A DNA stretch of 56,342 bases. Source: Candidatus Zambryskiibacteriota bacterium. Its GTDB lineage: Bacteria > Patescibacteriota > Minisyncoccia > Phycocordibacterales > DATDWN01. The notes beneath the pieces were generated by a model, which saw only the letters and a list, made by a program, of their open reading frames with translations, was not told the origin of the DNA and did no database searches. Both the position numbers and the translations under genes were made by a program. The stretch's first letter is position 1; the number at the start of each line of letters is the position of its first letter. Shown here piece after piece: positions 7,661 through 17,180 of the stretch. The stretch covers positions 1 through 56,342 of the forward strand of contig JAHFOB010000004.1 of assembly GCA_023267045.1 (NCBI GenBank), in the 5' to 3' direction.

Positions 7661-9469
7661 TTAACTCGGAACAAATATTATTTCTTGTGATGTCCAGCTT
7701 GAATTTATAGGCACAGTTACATCTTGAGAAATATAACCAGTTTTTGTTAAATGCATAGTGTAAGTGTCTGAAGAAAGTCCAGTGAAAAAAACTTGTCCTG
7801 GCGGAGTACATAAAGAAGTAAATGTGAAAGAAACGTCTGAAATATTTGGTGTAGAAGTTGATAGAGCGGTATCGAGAAATATTTTATAGCGTATATATTG
7901 TTTACCGTTGTTACTTGCTGATATGTTTTTATTTGAAACAGTATAGTATGTACTAGCTGTGCCATCCGGACCAGTAAAATTCCATGTTACTGTATCGTTG
8001 TTTGTGGCTATTTGTAGACGAACGTTTGGAGAACCTGTTTGCACTGGCTGGTCAACAGGATTCCAGTTTATTTGTTGAAAATTGACTTGTGAACCAATAT
8101 CAAAAGTCGATGATGTTAGTGTGCCACTTGGAACGTAATCTCCAAATATTGATTTTAGTACAACATCACCGACAGGATTTTGGTTTTCAATATTTCCATC
8201 AGAGGAAAGATATTTGGTAGGGTCAGTTGATGTCGCTTGTCCCCCCCCACCAGACCAGTCTGTCTGACCGAGAAAACCTTGACCAGTGATTTTTGTAGAA
8301 TCAAACCCAGTAGTGCCGACCAACTCTACTGAAACTCCAGAAAGAGGAAGACTGGTGACACTATCTTTAACAGTAATCAAAAGAGTTTTGGGATTTTTTG
8401 CCGTAACTATAAGTAAGACATTTTGACCGCTATTTGGCGTTAGAGAAACTGGTGAAATCGGACTTATACCAACTAAATCATATGCAGTGTCTATGTTTGC
8501 GAAAGTATATGAATCCCATTCGAGATTTGATAAAGAAAGAGCGCCGTTTGAATCAGTTATTTTGTTTTGGCTGTATTTATAAACACTTGGTAAAGTGCCG
8601 ATAAGTTTTGCACCAGTCAAAGAAAAATCTATACCAGGAACCGGAGCACAAGTATCTGAAGAAGATGTGACAGAAAATGAGCTAAGTTTGTCAATAATAA
8701 AACTAGTTTGTGTGACTTGTTGCAAAACAACCGTGGCGTGTGGTTTTGTCGGATTTGGATTGTTAATGGTCGCAGTATAAGTTTTGTCTGTTGAGTATCC
8801 TGCTTTTGTTACGGTGATTTCATAAGCGTTCACTCCCGGTGGAGCATCAACTATTTGTAAAACTCCGCTATTGTTCGTAACGTCATCTATAGTAATGGCA
8901 GGATTTACTGCGTGATTTTCCACATGAACGTTAGCTTCAGTAACGGGATTGCCGTTTGCATCAAAAACTCGAATAAAAAGCGCCCCGTTAGTCGAAGCTG
9001 TCTCTAGGTTTTTCGGAGAAACGCGCGTGGTGACGATCATCGGTTTGAAATTTTTGCACGTTGCACAAGTCACATCAATCTCAACTACTTTTGAATCTGC
9101 TGGCGAAAGATCGTTTGGTGTTCCGCCCAAAGTTCCGTCAAAAGGGTCGTCATAATTTCTGACCGTTGTAGTCACGGCATATGAGGTGCTGTTTCTTACC
9201 AAGTTTTGTATGTGAGTTAGCTTTCCGTTCGGTATTCCCCCAGAAATACCAACGTCAGAGTACGGCATATTTCTGACGATTTCTAACTGTTCGTTTACGA
9301 GACTTATAGCTTCTATTTTTGCTCGACTAGTTGAAACGACGTTGAAAATACTGATGTAAGCTCCGTAAACAGAAACAACAAGTACAGTCAGAACTGCGAC
9401 CGAGACGACAACCTCAACAAGAGAGAAACCATCAGAGAATTTTTTTTTGCTAAAAGTATTATAGTGCAT
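7661..9469 (-). CDS. Large pilin-like protein with a prepilin-type N-terminus
   Basis: 602 aa; the N-terminus KKKFSDGFSLVEVVVSVAVLTVLVV contains G/FSLVE. The long Thr/Ser/Asn-rich body suggests a beta-rich fold. It overlaps the pilC stop by 11 nt. Confidence 0.75.
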   Translation of the reverse strand: MHYNTFSKKKFSDGFSLVEVVVSVAVLTVLVVSVYGAYISIFNVVSTSRAKIEAISLVNEQLEIVRNMPYSDVGISGGIPNGKLTHIQNLVRNSTSYAVTTTVRNYDDPFDGTLGGTPNDLSPADSKVVEIDVTCATCKNFKPMIVTTRVSPKNLETASTNGALFIRVFDANGNPVTEANVHVENHAVNPAITIDDVTNNSGVLQIVDAPPGVNAYEITVTKAGYSTDKTYTATINNPNPTKPHATVVLQQVTQTSFIIDKLSSFSVTSSSDTCAPVPGIDFSLTGAKLIGTLPSVYKYSQNKITDSNGALSLSNLEWDSYTFANIDTAYDLVGISPISPVSLTPNSGQNVLLIVTAKNPKTLLITVKDSVTSLPLSGVSVELVGTTGFDSTKITGQGFLGQTDWSGGGGQATSTDPTKYLSSDGNIENQNPVGDVVLKSIFGDYVPSGTLTSSTFDIGSQVNFQQINWNPVDQPVQTGSPNVRLQIATNNDTVTWNFTGPDGTASTYYTVSNKNISASNNGKQYIRYKIFLDTALSTSTPNISDVSFTFTSLCTPPGQVFFTGLSSDTYTMHLTKTGYISQDVTVPINSSWTSQEIIFVPS

Positions 9470-10673
9470 CGGCGAGTGAATATGTTGGACCTAACATTGA
9501 AATTGCGAAAAATCCTACACCCACACCGATAAAAATCATAAGCAGTGGTTCTATTATAGATGACATATCTTTGGTTTTCTGGTCGACCTCATCTTCATAA
9601 AAAGTCGAAACAGAAAGTAACATCTCGCCTATTTTGCCTGTTTCTTCACCAACTGAAACCATTTCACCAACAAAAAGCGGATAGAGTGTTGAGTTGTTTG
9701 TAAACACAGCCGATATCGGATCACCTTTTTGTATTGTGGCCTGAACTTCTTCCAAGACATCTTTATAATACGAATTTTGTAGAACATCTCTAGTCACGCC
9801 AATAGCCACAACAATATCAACTCCGGAAGAAAGAAGGGATGAGAGTGTTCGAGCTGTCCGAGCAGAGTTAATTTGTTTTACGATTTCACTTATGATTGGC
9901 ATATGCAAAAGAGAAAAGTCGGCTATTCTTTTACCCCGAGGTGTTCGGAAAAAAACTGTAGTTAGAAAAACGCCAATAATTGTTCCCAGAATAACAAAAA
10001 CGAAATATGATTTTAGAAAATCACTAACAGCAATAATAATCCGAGTAGATAATGGTAGTTTCACCCCAAGTCCAACGAAAGTAGCAGTCAGTGTCGGCAC
10101 CATATAGACCATCATCAAAACTCCAATAGCAATCATCAAACAAAATATAACTGTTGGATACATCAAAGCCCCGCGAATTTTCTTAGTCAGCTGATAGGAT
10201 TTTTCCATCTGTTCACCGACGTTTTGTAAGGCTAGTGATAGATTACCCGACTCTTCACCCGCTCTGACCATTGAGACGAAAAGTGTTGAGAAAACTCGTG
10301 GATAGGCTTTCATCGAATCACTAAATGTATTTCCTTTACTTAGCGATTCATTTAATCCGGCCAAAACTTTTTTCAAAGGCCCGCTTGATTGGCGCTCCAT
10401 GATAGAAAGCCCTCGAGTAACAGGTAACCCTGCATCAATCATTTTAGAAAGATTTTTTGCAAAAGTGATTTTGTCGTGAGCTTTAATGCCATTAAGAAAA
10501 GGCAACATTGCTTCAATAGAAAATTTTCTTTTAGTCCCAACTTCATCTGCCGAAATAACAGTTGAGCCGTCTTGTTTCAAGATGTGGTACAAAGCAAACT
10601 TGTCTTTGGCATCCATTGTGCCCTGTTTGACGTTACCGTCTTTATCTAAAGTTTTGTAATGAAATAGTGACAT
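9459..10673 (-). CDS. pilC: Type IV pilus platform protein PilC (GspF/T2SS-F family)
   Basis: 404 aa with two repeated T2SS-F-like halves and three hydrophobic segments. It lies in a pilus gene context. Confidence 0.9.
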   Translation of the reverse strand: MSLFHYKTLDKDGNVKQGTMDAKDKFALYHILKQDGSTVISADEVGTKRKFSIEAMLPFLNGIKAHDKITFAKNLSKMIDAGLPVTRGLSIMERQSSGPLKKVLAGLNESLSKGNTFSDSMKAYPRVFSTLFVSMVRAGEESGNLSLALQNVGEQMEKSYQLTKKIRGALMYPTVIFCLMIAIGVLMMVYMVPTLTATFVGLGVKLPLSTRIIIAVSDFLKSYFVFVILGTIIGVFLTTVFFRTPRGKRIADFSLLHMPIISEIVKQINSARTARTLSSLLSSGVDIVVAIGVTRDVLQNSYYKDVLEEVQATIQKGDPISAVFTNNSTLYPLFVGEMVSVGEETGKIGEMLLSVSTFYEDEVDQKTKDMSSIIEPLLMIFIGVGVGFFAISMLGPTYSLADAL

Positions 10674-10846
10674 ACGAATTATACAAATGTAATCAAATAT
10701 ACGAATTGATCAGATTGAATTTGTATTTATTTGTAAATTCGATCTCATTCGTATTATTCGTAATTATTATAGCAAAATTTCTCCGTCTAAGAATAAAATG
10801 TGTGTATAAAGAATTTGTCATAACAAAAAATGTCCCCTTGAAGTGT

Positions 10847-10871
10847 CCCCTTGAAGACCGTCTTCAAGGGG
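10847..10871 (-). terminator. Terminator hairpin of the GC-rich gene (same 25-mer as 5215-5239)
   Basis: The minus strand reads ccccttgaagacggtcttcaagggg followed by ...acatttttt. Confidence 0.7.
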
Positions 10872-10973
10872 GTTGAGGACATAGTAAAATCCCGTGGTGA
10901 TAAATCACCACGAGATGTGTCGGAAGAGTCCAAGTGTCCAAGAGATAAAGTTCTATTCCAAGGACACAGAGCC

Positions 10974-11606
10974 TTAGTTCTTGATGCGAACGACGAGGAA
11001 CCGAAAGTGACCGAGCCAGACGTCATCAAACCGGTACAGATACAAGCCCCGCCCGGAAAAGTACCCGCCGAGGATCGGAACATGACGCTCCCAAAGCAGA
11101 AAGCAGGATGAACCGAGAGCGACGATGGGAAACTGCCTCTGAAGCTCGGGGTTTTTGGCTCCGAAAGCCAGAAGCTCCCATATCGTCGCTGGTCGGAATC
11201 CTTGCTTCTTCATGTTCGCCAGAGCAGAGTCTGAAGAGATGCTCCCGAAGTGCAGAAGCTCGGCTTCCACTGCTTGAGTGGCCTGCTGAACTCCAGCAAA
11301 CAGAGTAGGCTTCAGGAATTTCTTCTCGGTGATGTTATCAGACACACAGTCGTACTTACCGAGCGCGATCGTCTCCGACAAGCTCATGGTGTAATCCACG
11401 ATGAATCGGAAGACCATCGTGACGAGACCGAGAAGCTTGCGGAACTCTTCCCTTGTCGGGATCGTCCCGTGAACGATTGCCTCGGCGATGTCCGCGAGAA
11501 TGCCCTTGCCGAGGAGGTCGTTCTGAACCTGTTCCGAGCTGAGACCTTTTTCATCAAGAGTCTCAATCACTCGAACGAACTGACGCGGGGTAACAGAGGT
11601 GCTCAT
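10974..11606 (-). CDS. GC-rich hypothetical protein, distant paralog of the DGR target protein
   Basis: 210 aa with SD aaggag upstream. G/C-ending codons contrast with the neighbouring genes. The C-terminal PILGG...DDVWLGHFRFLVVR resembles the target's PFLLGA..DDGQWL...GFAFVVSQ. The promoter is identical to that of the DGR target gene. Confidence 0.6.
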   Translation of the reverse strand: MSTSVTPRQFVRVIETLDEKGLSSEQVQNDLLGKGILADIAEAIVHGTIPTREEFRKLLGLVTMVFRFIVDYTMSLSETIALGKYDCVSDNITEKKFLKPTLFAGVQQATQAVEAELLHFGSISSDSALANMKKQGFRPATIWELLAFGAKNPELQRQFPIVALGSSCFLLWERHVPILGGYFSGRGLYLYRFDDVWLGHFRFLVVRIKN

Positions 11607-11691
11607 GGCATTCTCCTTTTCCGTTCTGCATTTGCAGGCGGATTTGGTGCGACAGAATTGTCGCTAACCAGTCAAAGAACCTTACCACGGC

Positions 11692-11721
11692 ATTATACCA
11701 CCTATGATAGGTAGCTGTCAA
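11692..11721 (-). promoter_or_regulatory. Consensus sigma70 promoter TTGACA-18 nt-TATAAT
   Basis: The rc reads gcTTGACAgctacctatcataggtggTATAAT. The 32-nt block 11692-11723 is identical to 20099-20130. Confidence 0.7.
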
Positions 11722-11821
11722 GCATTTTGTAAATCTCAAAATATGCCTAAAAATAAAGAGTTTTGGAACTATTTTTATTTATCTATACTAGATTTATGAA
11801 TATTCTGCTAAAATGTAGTTT

Positions 11822-12307
11822 ATGTATAAAGTTAACATATATGTGGATGGGAATAACTTATATCGCAGTGCCAAAGAATTAGGATTTGAAATTGATTATA
11901 AAAAATTCCGTGGTTGGTTAAGACAGAAATACAAAACAACTAATGTATATTTATTTATAGGATTAGTACCAGAGAGAGTAAAGTTTTACCAGTATCTACA
12001 AGAATCTGGTTTTATTTTAATATTCAAACAAACTGTTTCAGTAAGTGGAACTATAAAAGGAAATTGCGATGCTGAACTTGTTTTGAAAACTACTTCTGAT
12101 TTTTATACTAAAGCTTTTGACAGATGTATTTTGATAACTGGAGATGGTGATTTCGGATGTTTAGTAGAATTTTTGGAAAATAATTCAGCTTTGAACTGTG
12201 TTTTGGCCCCAGATGAAAATAAGTGTTCAATATTATTAAAAAACAAAAATATTGAGATTACATTTATGAATGAACACTATCATAAATTCTCAAAAAGATT
12301 AGCTTAA
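11822..12307 (+). CDS. NYN-domain protein, paralog 2
   Basis: 161 aa with IYVDGNNLY and ILITGDGDFGCLV. It is collinear with the 3499-3975 product. Confidence 0.8.
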   Translation: MYKVNIYVDGNNLYRSAKELGFEIDYKKFRGWLRQKYKTTNVYLFIGLVPERVKFYQYLQESGFILIFKQTVSVSGTIKGNCDAELVLKTTSDFYTKAFDRCILITGDGDFGCLVEFLENNSALNCVLAPDENKCSILLKNKNIEITFMNEHYHKFSKRLA

Positions 12308-12405
12308 AAAGAAAAAGCCCCCGATGCATACGTATATGCATAAGGGTCTTTTTCATAGTGATATATAGAGTATATACTGTCTGGTTGTAAAGTCAATGCC
12401 TAAAT

Positions 12406-14160
12406 CTACTCTGATATAACTCGGAGGACTTCTTCGACTGTGGTGACTCCTTGAACCGCCTTGAAAATCCCATCCTCAAACATAGTCATCATCCCCTCCG
12501 CTTCGGCAATCTTCTGTATCGAGTCAGTTGTGCCGGACTTTAAAATATCTTCTTTTATTGCTTGTGAAACTTTTAGTATCTCATGAATTCCAGCTCGGCC
12601 AGAAAAACCATCATCAGGTTTCACATTTTTTTTCAGCCTATAAAACGGAACTTTTTCCCAAGTATCGCCTTTGCCGACTATTTTCTCTTCTTTTAATATC
12701 TCGAGAACCTTATCTAGATTTATTGATTTACCTAAAGTGGCGATTTCAGGCTTGGTCATAAAATATTTTTCTTTTTGTTCAGAAAGTCGACGAACCAAAC
12801 GCTGTCCAATAATAATATTGACAGTCGAGACAATAAGAAATGGTTCTACTTTCATATCAATAAGCCGAGGTATTGCTCCTGCAGCCGAGTTTGTGTGGAG
12901 AGTCGAAAGAACAACGTGACCTGTGAGCGATGCGTTAATAGCTAGCGAAGCTGTTTCATTGTCTCGAATCTCACCAACCATAATAATATCTGGATCTTGT
13001 CGAACAAGAGTTCGCAATCCGTTTGCAAAAGAAAAACCTATTTCTGGACGAACCTGTGTTTGGTTTATTCGTTTCATCTGGTACTCGATAGGGTCTTCAA
13101 TCGTTGAAATGTTTACATCTGCTGTATTCAAAATATCGAGAATAGTGTAGAGAGTTGTGGTTTTTCCAGAGCCTGTTGGACCAGTGGTCAGTATCATCCC
13201 AGTTGTAGACTTTACTGCCTTGTGAATTTTCTCCAACCCTTCTCCGTGAAAACCCAAGTGCTCCAGAGTAAACCCAGAAACATTTTCTCGCAAAAGTCTC
13301 ATAACGATTTTCTCACCGTAATATGTCGGCAGTGTAGAAACACGGAAAGAAACTTTCTCGCCATCGGAGTCGATTTTGAAACGACCGTCTTGCGGAAGAC
13401 GCTTTTCGTCAAGTTTCAAACTTGAAAGGACTTTTATTCGAGCAGCGATACTTGCTGCTGTGTTTCTTGGTAGAACCATTGCATCATGGAGAATTCCGTC
13501 TATTCGGTAACGAACGAGAAGCTGGCCGTCCTGCGGTTCAATGTGAATATCAGAAGCATTTTGAAGTATTGCGTGTTTTAAAAGTGTGTCTACAATACGA
13601 ATCATTGGTACATCCTCTGCCAGTTTTTTCAAATCTTGTTCGCCTAGTTCTGATGCAGAACTTTCGTTTGGAAGATTTTTTATTGCTCCAATATCTTGTT
13701 GAATGAGATCACCAAACTCTGCTTTCAAACTTTTTTGATACTGCAAGATAGCGCTTTTCATCGAATCGGCGTCAGTAAGACGAGGCAATATTTTCAAACC
13801 GACTTTTTTCTTTATGAAATCAATAGCGGTCAGATCCTCGGTGTCGAGCATAGCAACTTCGAGTGCTGTGTCTGACTTTTTGAAGGCAACAATGTTGTGA
13901 TTTCGTGCAATCGGCTCTGGGATAAGAGAAAGAACGTCAAATGGAAGTTTCTCACCTTTCAAATCAACAAAGGGAATGCCGAGGATGTATGCCTGCATCC
14001 GACGAAGATCGTCTTCTGTTAGTTTGCCTTTGTTGACTAGGATTTTGCCAACATTTCCACCTGTCTCGCTAGACTCTTTTTCAGCAACATCCAAATCCGC
14101 TCGAGAGACAAGACCCGAGTCTAAAATGAAATTTTTTAATTGAGATTCTTCAATGTGCAT
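12406..14160 (-). CDS. pilB: Type IV pilus assembly ATPase PilB (GspE family)
   Basis: 584 aa with Walker A GPTGSGKTTT, the GspE blocks RQDPDIIMVGEIRD and TGHVVLSTLHTN, and an N-terminal GSPII_E-like domain. Confidence 0.92.
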   Translation of the reverse strand: MHIEESQLKNFILDSGLVSRADLDVAEKESSETGGNVGKILVNKGKLTEDDLRRMQAYILGIPFVDLKGEKLPFDVLSLIPEPIARNHNIVAFKKSDTALEVAMLDTEDLTAIDFIKKKVGLKILPRLTDADSMKSAILQYQKSLKAEFGDLIQQDIGAIKNLPNESSASELGEQDLKKLAEDVPMIRIVDTLLKHAILQNASDIHIEPQDGQLLVRYRIDGILHDAMVLPRNTAASIAARIKVLSSLKLDEKRLPQDGRFKIDSDGEKVSFRVSTLPTYYGEKIVMRLLRENVSGFTLEHLGFHGEGLEKIHKAVKSTTGMILTTGPTGSGKTTTLYTILDILNTADVNISTIEDPIEYQMKRINQTQVRPEIGFSFANGLRTLVRQDPDIIMVGEIRDNETASLAINASLTGHVVLSTLHTNSAAGAIPRLIDMKVEPFLIVSTVNIIIGQRLVRRLSEQKEKYFMTKPEIATLGKSINLDKVLEILKEEKIVGKGDTWEKVPFYRLKKNVKPDDGFSGRAGIHEILKVSQAIKEDILKSGTTDSIQKIAEAEGMMTMFEDGIFKAVQGVTTVEEVLRVISE

Positions 14161-14412
14161 GGGTAGAAAATTTTTAATTTTTAATTTCCAATTTTTAAAT
14201 AATTTTCAATGATCTAATTTTTAAAAAGGAAACTTAATTAGTCTTAATTATAGCAAAATAAAAAATATCTGGCACAAATTGTGTGTACAAAAGCAGAAGT
14301 TGACAAACAGATTCCCTCTGTGATACTATAGAGACATTGAAGTTCGGCGTCAGCCGGGCTAATTTTTTACCCAGAATGGTAAAATAAGAAAAAGTTAACA
14401 TTTAGAAACTAG

Positions 14413-14537
14413 GACTTTCACAATTTGAGACAAGGTCGCGTATAAATTTTAAAAATAATTCGAGCCTTAGTTGGTGCTAAGGTGAGAAGAATTTTTAAAA
14501 TTTAGACGATGAGATTGTCCAAATTTGGAAGTCCGTA
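14413..14537. repeat. ~125-nt imperfect hairpin upstream of nusA
   Basis: The arms are ggactttcacaatttgagacaaggtcgcgtataaatttt... and ...aaaatttagacgatgagattgtccaaatttggaagtcc, with an apical ccttag/ctaagg stem. The motif aaggtcgcgtataaa recurs at 5184-5198. Confidence 0.7.
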
Positions 14538-14550
14538 ACACACAATAATT

Positions 14551-15702
14551 ATGATAGATCTAAAAGTAGTGAGCTCTGTATTAGCTCAACTAGAGGAAGA
14601 GCGTGGCATACCTCGAGAGAAAATTCTTGAGGCTATTGAGCTTGCCCTAGCTACTGCCTATAAAAAAGAGTATGGAAAGAAAGGACAGATTGTTCGAGCA
14701 AAATTTGATATGAATACTGGAAAATCTGAAATGTTCCAAGTAAAAATCGTCGTTGATGAAAGCACAGTTTTCATGGATGAGGATGAATTGTTAGAAAACG
14801 AAAGTGAACCTATCGTAGAAGGAGTTCCGGAAAAAGAACTATATAACTCTGAAAAACATATTTTGCTCTCCGATGCTCGTCGTATAAAAAAAGATGTAAA
14901 GCTCGGTGAAGAAATGATATTTCCCCTTGAAGGTCAGGAGGACTACAGTCGTATTGCCGCTCAAACAGCAAAACAGGTTATCATGCAGAAAATTCGTGAA
15001 GCAGAAAAAGTTTCTATCATGGCTCAATATGGACAAAGAGAGGGTGAAATAGTTACTGGAACTGTCCAAAGAATGGAGCGAGGAAATATTTTTGTTGATC
15101 TGGGAAGAGCCCCCGGCATACTGCCATACGAAGAACAAATTCCTGGAGAGAGATTTGGCCAAGGTGAGAGACTTCGATCATATCTATACAGAGTAGAGGA
15201 ATCAGGAAAAGGTGTCTTCCTACGACTTTCTCGTTCACATCCAAAGTTTTTGGAAAAACTTTTTGAAGTTGAAACGCCAGAAATTGCAAACGGAACTGTT
15301 GTCGTAAAAGCCGTTGCTCGTGAAGCCGGTAGCCGAACAAAAATCGCTGTCGCCTCAAAGGACTCTCACATCGACCCAGTTGGTTCAATGGTGGGTCAAC
15401 GTGGAGTGCGAGTTTCTACTGTTATGTCAGAATTGGGTGGAGAAAAAATAGATATTATTGAATGGTCTGAAAATCCAAAGAAGTTTATTGAGGATGCTCT
15501 CTCTCCTGCTAAAACAATCGAAGTTACAATAAATGAAGCGGAAAAACAAGCCACTGTCTTGGTTTCTGAAGATCAACAGTCACTTGCTATAGGAAAAGGT
15601 GGTCAAAACGTGCGACTTGCTGCAAAACTAACTGGTTGGAAAATAGATATTCAGTCTACAAATCCTAGAAAAGAAATTGCAGAAGAAACTCCTACTGAAT
15701 AA
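14551..15702 (+). CDS. nusA: Transcription termination/antitermination factor NusA
   Basis: 383 aa with an N-terminal NusA domain, S1 and two KH regions (GxxGxxV, IGKGGQNVRLA). Confidence 0.95.
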   Translation: MIDLKVVSSVLAQLEEERGIPREKILEAIELALATAYKKEYGKKGQIVRAKFDMNTGKSEMFQVKIVVDESTVFMDEDELLENESEPIVEGVPEKELYNSEKHILLSDARRIKKDVKLGEEMIFPLEGQEDYSRIAAQTAKQVIMQKIREAEKVSIMAQYGQREGEIVTGTVQRMERGNIFVDLGRAPGILPYEEQIPGERFGQGERLRSYLYRVEESGKGVFLRLSRSHPKFLEKLFEVETPEIANGTVVVKAVAREAGSRTKIAVASKDSHIDPVGSMVGQRGVRVSTVMSELGGEKIDIIEWSENPKKFIEDALSPAKTIEVTINEAEKQATVLVSEDQQSLAIGKGGQNVRLAAKLTGWKIDIQSTNPRKEIAEETPTE

Positions 15703-15823
15703 AACTTCTTTCTCCTCATATCTTTTTTGGAAACAGAATAAATTCTTGCTAGAATTTTTCTTCGCGCTCGTCTCTACACGGACTCCGCGATGTTCCAAAA
15801 AAGTCATGAGTCAACGAAGTTTT
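15701..15823. repeat. Long hairpin element, family 1b, copy F
   Basis: It starts at the nusA stop. The outer arms are aaacttctttctcctcatatctttttt / aaaaaagtcatgagtcaacgaagttt. The conserved core gaataaattcttgctagaatttttcttcgcgctcgtctctacacggactccgcgat is shared with 21247-21369 and 41957-42081. Confidence 0.8.
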
Positions 15824-15861
15824 ATAGATGTGCTATAGTTATAAAAAATAATAATCACAAT

Positions 15862-16377
15862 ATGAACTTAATAAAAGAAATCTCACCAGGAACAGCCGAA
15901 GAAATGAACGTCATTGTTGAAATAAACAAAGGCTCAAAAAACAAATACGAAATAGATAAAGAAACCGGACTTATCGCTCTGGATAGAGTAATGTACACTT
16001 CCCAAGACTATCCATACGATTATGGCTTTGTCCCCCAAACACTTTGGGACGACGGCGATCCGCTAGACGTCATCATACTAACAACTACTCCTCTCTTCCC
16101 TGGACTTTTAGTCAAGGTTCGCCCTGTTGCAATGATGGACATGGTGGATGACGGTGAAAGTGATGTCAAAATAATTGCCGTTCCAGTCAAAGACCCTCGC
16201 TGGGATGACGTTAAAGACTTGGTGGATGTAAATAAACACACCATAAAGGAAATGGAACATTTCTACAAAACATACAAAAACCTACAGAATAAAGAAGTAG
16301 TTGTTAAAGGTTTTTCTGGAAAAGACGAAGCAATGAAAGCCTTTAATAAGGCCATAGAATCCTACAAGAAAAAATAA
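15862..16377 (+). CDS. ppa: Inorganic pyrophosphatase
   Basis: MNLIKEISPGTAEEMNVIVEINKGSKNKYEIDKETG..., plus DGDPLDV. The track start at 15790 lies inside the hairpin repeat. Confidence 0.92.
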   Translation: MNLIKEISPGTAEEMNVIVEINKGSKNKYEIDKETGLIALDRVMYTSQDYPYDYGFVPQTLWDDGDPLDVIILTTTPLFPGLLVKVRPVAMMDMVDDGESDVKIIAVPVKDPRWDDVKDLVDVNKHTIKEMEHFYKTYKNLQNKEVVVKGFSGKDEAMKAFNKAIESYKKK

Positions 16378-16495
16378 AACTCTCTTAACATTTTCTCTGG
16401 TAAATAAAGACACCATCGAAAATCCTTGTCTAGTTGCTGGACAAGGATTTTCTAGTATATAATGCCAGTATTACTATAATAAAAACTAAAGCAAG

Positions 16496-17170
16496 ATGAA
16501 GAAAATAATATTGAATATCCTTGTGGCGACTATGGTGCTTGGTCCTGTAGCTGTAGCCTATGCTGAAACAGAAGGTGGTGTCGGTGAAGGAAAAAGAGAA
16601 GCTTCAACCACCAAACCTTTGCCTGGATTGATCCAAGCTAGGATGGATGCTCAAGAACAAATAAAAAATCTAAAACAAGAGACTAAAGATGAAGTGGAAA
16701 ATCTCCGAGATAAAGTAGCCAGCACAACAGCAGAAATAAGAGATAGACTGAAAGAGGAAGTGAAGAATAGAGCAGAAAATAGATTTACAAAAATGTTGTC
16801 ACGATATCAGGCAACAATAGACAGAGAAGAAGCTATCATGACACGAATAAACTCTCGAATAGCTAAAATAACATCAAACGGCGGAAACACCACAGAAGCT
16901 GAAGGACTAGTACTTAAAGCAAAATCAGAACTTGATCTAGCCAGCACTTCACTTGCTTCACTTAAAACACTTGTGGGCACGGAAACTGCTCTAGAGATAT
17001 CCTCTACTACAGCAAAAACGACTAGAACCGCTCTAGAAAATATGAAAAAAGCTGGAGCTGAAATAGACAAGCATTTGCGTACAGCTCATCAAGCTCTACA
17101 GAAAACTATAGGCAGTTTAAGGGGGGTTTCTCAACTACACAATGCCACATCTACAAAAGAAAATAATTAA
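16496..17170 (+). CDS. Secreted coiled-coil hypothetical protein
   Basis: Signal-peptide-like N-terminus MKKIILNILVATMVLGPVAVAYA followed by a charged helical repeat-like body. Confidence 0.6.
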   Translation: MKKIILNILVATMVLGPVAVAYAETEGGVGEGKREASTTKPLPGLIQARMDAQEQIKNLKQETKDEVENLRDKVASTTAEIRDRLKEEVKNRAENRFTKMLSRYQATIDREEAIMTRINSRIAKITSNGGNTTEAEGLVLKAKSELDLASTSLASLKTLVGTETALEISSTTAKTTRTALENMKKAGAEIDKHLRTAHQALQKTIGSLRGVSQLHNATSTKENN

Positions 17171-17180
17171 ATAAAAAAAT

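Noticed and set aside
11108-11714. Overlapping ORFs on both strands in the GC-rich regions (for example 11250-11714, 11384-11566, 19382-19870, 19354-19599, 36507-36764, 36533-36832)
   Set aside because: Long spurious ORFs are expected in GC-rich DNA. In each region only one frame has an SD sequence, a consensus promoter and a terminator in the right places.
15790-15861. N-terminal extensions proposed by the track (also 1656-1697, 4737-4778, 7527-7592, 22254-22271, 32568-32603, 49006-49041, 51722-51802)
   Set aside because: The extensions run through hairpin repeats, a terminator or a tRNA gene. Downstream ATGs give canonical N-termini.
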